The notes under the pieces: model-generated
The model's input: only the letters and a program-made list of their open reading frames with translations
What the model was told of the DNA's origin: nothing
The model's database searches: none
Made by a program: the position numbers and the translations under genes
Assembly: GCA_040954595.2 (NCBI GenBank)
Contig: CM082576.2
Span: 8,869,129 to 8,933,128, forward strand
DNA: 64,000 bases
Direction: 5' to 3'
Source of the DNA: Balanoglossus misakiensis
Lineage: Eukaryota > Animalia > Hemichordata
In this document: one piece after another, positions 53,613-64,000 of the stretch
Position numbering within the stretch: position 1 is the first letter of the stretch
Layout: every line of letters starts with the position of its first letter

Positions 53613-56600
53613 TCCGTCAGTTTCTGAGACAAGAATAGTAACTCATATTTTTGTGTATTTTTTCTAATATTTTGATCGCCTAGATGTGTTGCATATTGCA
53701 ATTACTTGCAGCGTTTTCGTGACGTGTCTTAGAGTTATTCCAATGGCAGAATTTCCTTTGTCTAGCCCTGGCGATGTGTCTGCTACACGTAGATTTTTTA
53801 TGATGGTAATATTTTCATACAAGCTGGTGTTTGTCGCTCTGCTGTCGCTATTTGTAATCGCAAAAGCAGTTGATTTAATCGGTTTCTCAAGCAATTTTGT
53901 CGGTCGGATTGCGCATTTTGAGGCGCTGGATCGTGCTCGGAGAACCCGGAAGCGACAATTTGCCCCTCGGAGGGAGCTACGTTGAGAGTGAATTGAAAAG
54001 ATTTCAGGCTTTGTGTAATATTCGATATTTTCTTTTGTGTAAATCGGATCTTTTGTTAATGCTAGATTGCATGCAATTTCTGATTGAATATTGATTTGAT
54101 CCGCTTTGTGGCACCGCCTTTTCCTCGCAGCTTTCTTCGTTGTTCGCTTTTTAAATATTTTGCTGCGCTCCGTTATGTGTGCGTACACGCTTTAAACTAG
54201 CAGACGGATGCTACCGCCCATTGATCGGAATTTCTTGTGTGTCGGGACGCTACGGTAAGACGACGATTAAACGGGACAAAAGAACAGCGCCAGTCCAGTC
54301 GCTCATCATTCAAATTTGATGAAGTGGGCTTAAGAGAATGTGTTAAAAGTGATCAAAACTGTAGTGTAAATGCTTCAAACATTCTGTCGCTTTTCCCCCA
54401 GACTTCACACGCCTGAATCCCTCTTTGGAGTACGAAAATGTGAACGTTGTTATGAAACCGTGAAGTGTGAAACAAACCATTTGTGGGGTGTAAATAGATC
54501 GTTCCTTCCGATTTTGTTAAAGATTCCAAATGTACATCTCTTGTAAACCAGCATAAATATCTATTGAAGAAACAAAATTAACACTTTTCTGTCATGGCCG
54601 ATTAGCGTCTTTCCAGCATTCAGTCATATGAGAGATTAGAACAGATGGGAGGCTTGAGGATGTAATTAAAACACTAGACAACAAAAGAAACGACTATCAT
54701 TTTTCTTGGCTGAGAGATTTCTCCATGGAAATAGAAAATACTTAATTTTGGCGCAAAATTAAAAAAGAAGAAGCCATTGCTACAGTGACAATTCTCTTCT
54801 CAGTTGTCTGGATGATTTGCATGTTGATTTCTACTGATAAAATACATGTACTTTATATGAAATGCATTGTAGTGGAACCTGCCCACACTTAATTTCTTTG
54901 GCTCTTGTGGGGACTTGCTCAAGTTCTCTGACCCCTTCCCACTGCATTTTGTAAGCTGCTGGGCTCATTTATAAGAAATCTTCAAATTGGCATTGGTTGT
55001 ACACGTATTATCATTGTAGCGTCTAACAGCATTCATTATGCCGTGTCAAGTAAACATGAAGTGTTTGCCTGTACCTTGTCACCGTTCTGCCCTCTCTCCT
55101 TCAGGATCACATAGATAAATGTTACTGATCTTTAATTGGCTTATTTCCCTGTGCAAAGTTCAGCTATCTGTCACCCTGTACCATCTTCACTCTGATACCA
55201 AGTCTTCTAGGCTGACCCCCCCAAGTATTTGTGTTTGTTTGGTTCCGCTGGCGTGGATTTTGTGATAGCAGTTTGCAACAAAGGGGATGCAGAAGAAATA
55301 AGAGAGCCCCGTCTCCCAGACAACAAAGCAACTCCAGTCATCCTTGTGACTAAGAGATTGTGTGAGTCAAGTTGACTCTCATTTTTATTTCGTTGTGGGA
55401 TGATGATCCACATTCATCCCCTCCCAGAAATTCTCTTGTTTGTAAATGTGGAGGAGTCTTAGTGTTTTTGTCTAAATTTCTTCAATATCTGGGCCCCTGG
55501 CATTTTTGTGAGCTTCTGAATAGTCCCCCACACACTTCGTCGCAGCGTCTTTCAATTAATGATTTACTTGCGCCGGGCAAGATTCTTCAGAAACCAGGCA
55601 CACACTACCTTCAGGAATTGATAATTCTTCTAGAGTAAAGTTCAACAAAATCCTACAACAACCAGGTGGGTGACGTCATTGATAGTCTCCTGGTCAGGCC
55701 AAGCAGAGGACGCCTGTAACTGCTTGGAAGTTTTGAGCGTTTCTCAAGGTGAATATCGAACCTTCGACAATTTGTCCGCCGAGGTAAGCATTGTTCGCAC
55801 CGCAGCGGCAGCATCGGTTGTTTTCTAATCGATTTCGTGAACGTTCAGATCAAACTACCGATCTGCGAAACGCTAGCGCGATGAAGTGTGTCTGATGAGG
55901 ATAAGTATGTTTGCTTTAAAATATATATGGTGTCTGTGGGTTCCTTGCACGGTGCGTGAGACATCGTGCAAAGTCCGTGGAAACCAATAAAGGTGGATGC
56001 GGTACGTGACACCTTGGCCTGTATCTTACCGAGTGTGCCAACCACCGGCTGGCGTTTACATGACGTGTTTTAATTTTTTACCGCTTCGAAATTGGCTCCT
56101 CCAGCTCGGATTTCTGATCTCTTGTCTAAGAAACGTGTTTGTTAGGGTGTGGGCAAACCGCGACAAACAAAACGGTACACACCGCCGCGGGTCGAACGTT
56201 GCTAGATTTTGTATGTTTGCCATGAAGGGCTCAGATAAAGGAGAAGAATATGAAGGACAAATAGTATGTTCTCCAGGCAGACAAAGTCAGAGATGACTCT
56301 CTTGATAACGCAAGGTTGAAACTTATCTACAATGTGCCTCAAGGTAGCAACTCTGTGGCACTACCACTCCAAATAGAGTGCATATTTTCAGACTTAACAC
56401 AATATCTATATAATACCTTCTTATAAGACTTCAGTGTTCTGTGAAAAAAAAGGGAGAAAATCCACTCAAGTACTCAGTGCTTCATAAAGAAATTGCAGAG
56501 TTTAATTAGTTTACTCGATTCATTTTATCCTTCTCAAATGTACTTGCTGTCTGGGAATTATATCTTAGGGATATGAAATTGTGTCGGATTGTGGCAGCAA

Positions 56601-59305
56601 CTTGAAAGGACCTTTAATTATTTCACGAGAAGTATTGAGATGAAATTTTTTAATCAAATCAAGCGAGATTGGCTTTAATTACATAAAATGGGACATGAAA
56701 GGAATATTGGCAGGGGATGAAATTTATTCAATTAGGATTGGCCGACATCTTAAAGGAAACAAACGCCGACACAGAAAGGGGTAGATAATAGCAACTCCCA
56801 AGTTAATGATGGCATTGTTCTTGAGGCATGTGGGATTTTGAATGGGAATCGTACGGATGTTGGGGTGGGGAGGATAATTGTTAGAACATCCTTAATTAAT
56901 AAAGAAAAACTTGGTTTGCAAACAGTTATCAATGGTGGGAGGTGCTTGAAGAAACTCCGGAAGAGAACAAAAGGGTTGATAAGCCCTTGTTGTGTGAGAC
57001 ATGTGGTTGCTGCCAACCACAATAGTTAAAACAATAGCATTAACACCGGCTGTGACATGTGTTTGCAGATAATTAACTCATAATTGTAAAGAGAAGTGCT
57101 GGGAAAACAAGGAGGAACTTCATTGTTAAGTAAAAAATGAAACGAACGGTAACATATGGGAGAGATCTTCAAGTGAAAATTTGTGTTCAATATGCAAATT
57201 GCTTGTCAGTTTATTTTTGTCGCAGCAGAGAAAAAAAAAAGCATATACTGGGTGTCTTGATGAGGCTGTTATGTAACTTAAGTGATGGTAGAGTGTATTA
57301 ATTATGTTCTTTTGTGTCGGAAGAAAAGTGGAGGCCCTTTTAAACCGGCTTTTAAATTGCAAATCATATTATTCAGTGTGCTGTATTCAAATATGTCATT
57401 CACAAAAATTGATAAAGTGAAACCTCAGAAGGTGATAAAAAAAGAGTAAAGTGAAACGTAAAGAGATTCTGTGATAAACTTGAATGCATTCAAAGTTATG
57501 AATTTAAAAAGTTATAATATTTTGAGTTAAAGTTTAAATGAGCTCCTGTACCCTTGTTTCAGAGTTTAAAAAAAATTGTGGATATTGGAAACTAGGATGG
57601 CTTGAGCTATGCTCGTAAAATGGTAATTCTATTAGTACATTTATGTAAACAATAGTGAGGTGAGAAATGAAAGGTTTGGTATAAAAAAAAACACATATAC
57701 ATACATGTATCTTATGAGTTAAAAGATACTTAAAGTGCTAAAAACCTTATTTTATCATGGTTAATTGACTGTCATTAGAAGGTATAGTAAAGACGTTAAA
57801 AAAAATATTCATAATCTCCCAATCTGACAAAATTTTCAATGCGTTGTTTACATTTTAGGTTTTACACAATTTAGAATGCTAAAATCTTTTTTATCTCAAA
57901 AACGCAGAAATAGATTTGAAACAATAAATTTAATTGGTTACAAAAATGGGGAGTTAAAGGAATGTTTTAGATTAATTCATAGCATTTAAAAGAAAAAAAG
58001 GGAGATAAATAGTTATGGCTGAATTCTTATTGAAGTGACCTTCAGTGATATTTTCGTCATCTATCAACATTGTCACGTGACTTGTCAGTGTAACCATCAG
58101 GCCTGCTATTTAAGCTGTCTTAATTCTAAGATGGCATCACCCATTGTCATGCTAATTGATGCGTTTTATTCGCTATATCTGGAAGGATTTTGGCGTAGAG
58201 GCTCAGTGTTCTCAGGCTGTCAGCTTGGTTGGCGTTTTCCATCGTGTGTGTGTGATTAATCTTCTGGGTATACAGAGTGACCGTGTAGTCACAGTCGTGC
58301 CTTCTGTCTCCCCCTGCTGTTTCTGTAGCAGGTTGTATTCAAGGAGACGGACTATGAAAAAATATTCGCGGAGTTCTTTGTGCGCTTGATGAATGACTGG
58401 TAAGAAGGTGAAATGAAGCTCTTAGGCTTTTATTGAAGGGACCATATGCTGCAAGCAAGGATTAGTATGCATGCCCACTGCCCTTTCCTTTTGTCCGTCT
58501 TTTTTTTCGCCGAAATAATATTTCTTTTGTGTGCGCAGAGCTCCTTTTATGACATGGCTCCCTTACAATGTGCATCATAATGCAGGCTTTCGGTAGAAGC
58601 TGAAATATGTTAATGTGGCAATTGAATTTAAATGCCGACCATTTACAGTGAGGCATTTAAACTCCATTTCCTTCGGAGAAAAAATTGTGGATTCCCTACT
58701 GTTGCCAATTCTGCAAACATCGACCCATTTAGAGTCTTGGTGTTTGGAAATTAATAATGTTAAGTGTATGTGTGGCCGTGGACACTATCACTTCCATTTG
58801 GAAATGTTTAGTAGGTACAACAGCCTAATAACACGTTCTTCATTTCTGCTGGTAGCACAGTCTAAGACCTGGCTCACTGGAGCATATTCATATTTGTGTC
58901 ACAGATGTTGCCTTGCATGAAAGAGTATTGAGACATTATGCTAGACGTGTTGTGTTATTAATAATTTTAATGCTTGCTGGAGGGGTCAGGCTGTTGGCTG
59001 CTGTGTGTGTTTTTTTCCACTGGCTGAATTTCTTTTCTGTTTCCTCTTCAAAAAAAAATCTGCAGATAACCTGGAAATTGATGGTAAGGAAGAAAGACTT
59101 GGAAAGACACCGGTTCAACAAGCAAGCGTGGCAGTGACATTGAGAACAAATTTTTTGTTTAAATTAAGAGAACTGCGACAATAGAAGGCCAGGAAGTGGT
59201 AAGTGGTGTGCGCTCAAGTGGCATAAGCTGGAGCATTGTAGCGGAGATCAAACCAGACACAGCTGGGGAGGACGACGTAGACGACGACTGCTAAGCGGAG
59301 GAAAG

Positions 59306-61512
59306 ATGGCCGAGGTGGACGACTTCTCTATTCGGCAGTCCAAGAGGCGTCGTGTGGACACGGGACTACCGCGCAACTCCTACGGGCAGACGCAGGCTCT
59401 GTCGCGGGCGGTCAACGGCAACGGGGTCTCCGAGGCGAACCAAGTGCTGAGGAGGCTACTCAAGCCGAGCAACAGTCAAGAGGGTGTGAACGGCGACGGC
59501 GACCGACTGAACAGTGACGACTACGTGAGCGCTTCCATTTTGAGTAAATCCAGGCACGGCGGAGACGGGGAGGAGAGCCCCAACGAGAACAGCAACAGCT
59601 ATCTCAGCTCGGAAGAGGGACAGCCGCGGGACAGCTCCATGGACCTGGCCAACAAAGAGAACGGTGAAGACGCACCGAGACCTCAGGAAGATGACGACGA
59701 CGATGACGACTACACGGACAGATCGATTGTCAACGGAGCTTCCAAATCTGAAAACAAGTGCAATGAAAACCAAAGTGGCAATAGCGAGAAACCGGAGGAG
59801 GAGAGCCTGCTGGCCAAACGGGCCCGGGTGGAGAACATTGTCACCAGCATGAGGCAGTCGCCCTCCCAGCTCAACAGCGACAGCAAAAATAATCAGGGAA
59901 ACGAAACACGGAGACAGAAGCGCAAACAAGTGGCTCCCCAGCCGCAGAGAATGGTGATCCAGGAAGAAAAGAAGGAAGGGAGAAAAGAAGAGAAACGACA
60001 ACTCAAACAGCTGCTGACTCAACTGCAAGACCACTTGAACAAGCTGCAACACAAATACTTTGAACTCTACGACAACGAGGAGACCGACTCCGAGATGGAA
60101 GAAGGGCTGGAGAACGAAGTCGTCAAGTTCGGCAAAGGCGGGCAGAAGGGCTCCTCGAAGAGCGGCAGCAGTCAAAAGGACTCCCACGCGCAACACTCCT
60201 CAGCCAACAAGAAGAAGCGCAACTCCGAAGACAAAGTGCAATCCAATGCTGAAGATGCAATAATCAATGGCAGAGAGAGCGGGCGATTCTCGGATGCTTT
60301 AAAGGACCAGCTCGCCTCGGCGGTCACCGACGTGGTGGACTCGGTGGTCAGGAAGTTCGTCCACGAGCAGCACAGTGGCAGTCAGCCCCCCGCGCAAGAC
60401 GAGGCCTGCAATCTGACTGTGGCCCACGAAAACCACGGCCAGACGTACGCGGGCAACAAGGGCAGCCGCTCCAGTCCCCACACGCCGTACTCGAAGTCGT
60501 CTTCGATGACCCACCAGGATTCCCCCTACCAGTGCGAACAGATGGAGGCCATCTCCTTGGTGGTGCCGCACAAGAACCGGGACCGACCGTCGCGGGAGAG
60601 TACGCCCCGAGTGGAGTCCCAGTCGCACCACGATTACGAACCGCCAGTGCCTGCCACCTTGCCAACCTCCGTGGCCATCCCCAATCCCAGTCTGCAGTAC
60701 TCTTTCCTGCCTCACATGGCAGTGCCCATCTCCGAAGCCTCGGGAAGCATCGACATGAGCAGCTACGCCAACGGGCCCCTGATGCACAGCCAGGCGGCCG
60801 CGATACTGTCGGCCCATTCGGATCCAAGACACCCAATGCACCAAGGGCTCAGCCACCGCGACATGACGCACCCACAACCAGAAGGGTTGCCACTGTCACT
60901 ACTCAAGGCAGAGCCCATGATGGGAGAATCCAGCCCAGTCAGCCACGACTACAGCTCCTTAGACAGTTCTGGTTACAGCGCTCAAAACAATTCCATATCC
61001 TTTCTAGCAAAGAAAAAGAAATGTCTTCTGCCAGAAGAGAATAATTCATTCTTATGAAATCTACAAGCATTACTATTTGGTAGAAAGTAGTTTTTCATGA
61101 TTTGAGGAAATTTGTTTTAAAACTTGGGAAATGCCTTGTAATATTGATATACTAATAGTTTGCTTTTCAGCAATTGTGTGGGTTTTTTTTCCTTAACAAG
61201 CTTTACTGTCTCAGTACAACTCTGACCCCAGCACACCTGAAGAAGGCCAAGCTCATGTTTTTCTTCGCCCGCTACCCGAGCTCCACAGTCCTGAAGCAGC
61301 ACTTCCCGGATGTCAAGTTCAACCGCCACAACACTGCCCAGCTCATCAAGTGGTTCAGCAACTTCCGCGAGTTCTACTACATTCAGATGGAGAAGTTTGC
61401 CCGGCAGAGCATCAGTGAGGGCCTCAAGAATCCTGAGATGTTACAGGTGACGCGCGATTCAGAACTCTTCAAAGTCCTCAATCTGCACTACAATAAGAGT
61501 AATGAATTCGAG
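59306..61512 (+). CDS. PROX1: Prospero/Prox homeobox transcription factor (partial; the remaining Prospero-domain exons were not found and probably lie beyond the window)
   Basis: Exon 59306-60994 contains [25 protein letters not shown], a [12 protein letters not shown] coiled coil, [11 protein letters not shown] and [12 protein letters not shown]. Exon 61207-61512 encodes [63 protein letters not shown], and ends GAG|GTGAGT. Probably the single pro-orthologue of vertebrate PROX1/PROX2. Confidence 0.96.
60995..61206 (+). other. U12-type (minor spliceosome) AT-AC intron in Prox
   Basis: 5' site ATATCCTTT at 60995, branch site TTCCTTAAC at 61189-61197 and 3' AC at 61205-61206. Removal joins the two Prox exons in phase 0 (..QNNS|[11 protein letters not shown]..). 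Confidence 0.93.
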
Positions 61513-64000
61513 GTGAGTTTAATTTTAATAAAACAAGTCGTCTTTTTGTCGAGAAATTAATTTGGACGTCTTTCACCGTATTTAACACAAGGGGTGATGA
61601 TTAATTTTAATTATCAGGAACAGAGTACATACTGCGAATTTACCCCCCGGGAGATTCCAGTATCCGTGTCAGGTTTGATTGTCTCTAATTTGCTCTTTGA
61701 AACCCTGCAGCAAGAAATAAAAGACACCAGGCCGTCTGACAATTGCATTGTGGTAATTGCAGATTTGCAGCAATCTGTCAACTTGATAAAACGAGCACAT
61801 CGGAATATAATGTAATTGATGTCTCCTTTAAGGCAGTGATAACAGCTCACAAATGAAATTAACAGCTTCGGAAATGTTCAAGAAAGGAAGGTAGCCATGA
61901 AAATCGGTTTTCTGGGCTGCGTTTGTTTTCTGGTATGACATTGTGTAGTTTGTCTCTCAGCTGTGGTGGTGGTGGTTGTGGGAGTTGATAATCCGAGAAT
62001 ACCTTCAAATTGTGTGCATGGCTGAATCAACTAGTAATTTTTCTTGATGTCTCTGACACGTAGGCAGTGTGTTTTATTGACTTGCTTTGTGAAGTTGGTT
62101 ACGCTCGTTTCTAAGCAGTTGATTGAGGGGCTGCCCACTGAATAAGTTCAATATTGAATTATTTTGTGGATAACTCCACCTTGTTTTATGGCGTTGGAGT
62201 GTTTGAGCTTTTTTGTCCGGCATCTTGTTCATCTTGGCAAACGCCTACCAGACAATGGCCGTTTTCAGATGGAAGTTTACTTAATGTACCAGGTGGTTGG
62301 ATAAGTATGATGTGGTGGTAGTGGTCCCAAACAGTCAATGTTTGCTCCATACTTGAGTGAACACCCAATGTGTTGAAATCAGTGGGCTTCTGTTTTTGTG
62401 TATGTTTGTGATCTTGAAAATTACAACTTACATCCAGTGTAATTTTTTAATTAAGACAAATATAGTCACTCTTGAGCTGAATATGGACCTAGGTTTGTCA
62501 GTTCATGACAACTGCCCGATGAAACAACAGCGAGAAAATTGCAACGCTGACGTGGTTTTGCAAAATGTGTCGGATTTTATTTAGCATTATTCCACCAGTA
62601 AAAGAGAGTGTTTGAGTCGGTCAAATATTTAAAGGCTGTCTGTCCATTGTCTCACACCCAGTCATACCCTTAAATGTAAAAGTCATTTAAAAAATACAGG
62701 CCAACACTTGTGGTTGGTTTGCAGTGTGAGGTACGTACTTCAGAAAATAGATGCCATAAAATCTCAATGCAGTATGCTTTTCAATATCACACACATCATC
62801 TTTTGTGGGAAAAATTTGCAAGTTTCGACTAGTTGAGACATGCCCCAGCATAATCTTCAATTTTTGGCGTACGATTGTTTTCAGAAAAGCCGATCTCGGG
62901 TTTTTTTCCCAGTAGCCGTGGTGTCGTTTTATTCTGCGAAATTTATTCCTGTTTAATCACACAGAATAAGTAGCTGGAAATCAGCAACCAGCTGTGGGAC
63001 CTCTTTTGTTTGCTAAGAAAAGAGAGCAAAAACTCTGCCCCGCTGTCTTTATCTAAAAATTAGTAACGTGAAAGACAGCTTCATGTTACCTTGTAAAGCT
63101 GATATGAAATTACAAATACCTTGGCCCTATTGTAGATGTGCGTGAGTACACAGAGTGAGGGGGGAAAAAATTGAAAAACTGTTGAAAGACACGATATTTC
63201 AACAAAATTCTGGGGTAAATATTTACACACAAATTTGTAAAATTTCCTTTTCATGCAAATGCTGAAACAGCCGGTGATAAATTTGTATTTCGGCAAATTG
63301 AAGCGTAATATTTGGAGAAGGGTCTGTGCGACATTCGAAGGAACATCAACAATGAACCATATTTACAAGCAAAGGTTTTTTAATGGAGAGAGAATGTAAA
63401 TTCATATTGAGGAGGTCAGTGCAGCAGCTGTGAAGCATATGGCTCGATCGCATGAAACGACACAAGGAAAAAAAAAAAGAGAGACACTCCCAGCATTTCA
63501 TTAGACAATTTTGTTCCGACGGATGAATTATAGCAATGACCCCGCTAAAAATCCGAATATAGAATACAATTATATTTCCTCTTACTCAGATCATGGACTT
63601 TTCAGAAAGGGTTCCCTTTTAAAGCAGACACGGGACAAGATATTCCCAGGCCCTGGTATATATATATAGCCTGTATGCGAAGTCATCTTATAAGGGTCAC
63701 ATTTCATGGTTCAATACGTTCCAATAATACAGCTAACAACAGGTTGTTGAACAGGCATTAATAAAAAAAAATCTTTCTCGCATTCAGCTCGCAGCGTTGT
63801 TCCCATTATTGCAAGGATTTCTTTCATCTCTCTTGAAGAACTGAAGAAATCAATTTTTTTTTATGAATGTAATTTTGTTTTAATTTTTTTTTTCGCGTGA
63901 AGAGGGAGGGGGTGGCTGTGGGTATTTAAATCCAGGAAATAACTCTATTCTAGGACTATTCATTACCTGACTGATTTCCCCCTGTAATGATGGGGAGTAA

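Noticed and set aside
53664-54188. 174-aa minus ORF and overlapping hydrophobic 99-aa plus ORF between DLST and Prox
   Set aside because: Non-ATG starts and no family motifs; more likely promoter, leader or intron sequence.
1-64000. CRISPR arrays, tRNA/rRNA/snoRNA genes, transposase or reverse-transcriptase ORFs
   Set aside because: None recognised by eye. Short non-autonomous repeats or intronic snoRNAs cannot be excluded without Infernal/RepeatMasker.

Overview
Eukaryotic, intron-rich animal genomic DNA, probably from a marine invertebrate; the taxon cannot be fixed from sequence alone. There are no prokaryotic features, and most short ORFs in the track are noise. Manual splicing gives: (1) a complete ZNF106 orthologue (+, CDS 2102-17785, 16 coding exons, ~2096 aa); (2) two FABP/iLBP-family genes with intronless CDSs, nested antisense in one ZNF106 intron; (3) a 10-exon minus-strand gene (28520-21499, 473 aa) encoding a membrane protein with a DUF4239/bestrophin-like domain, a family mainly known from prokaryotes and plants; (4) a probable decayed multi-exon gene (+, ~31.8-37.6 kb); (5) a two-domain LYPD6-like Ly6/uPAR protein with a probable GPI signal (-, ~39.8-41.9 kb); (6) a complete DLST (-, 53376-45322, 14 exons, one GC-AG intron); (7) the 5' part of a Prospero/Prox gene (+, from 59306), head-to-head with DLST and containing a U12 AT-AC intron just before the homeodomain. 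All family calls come from motif recognition by eye, not database searches.
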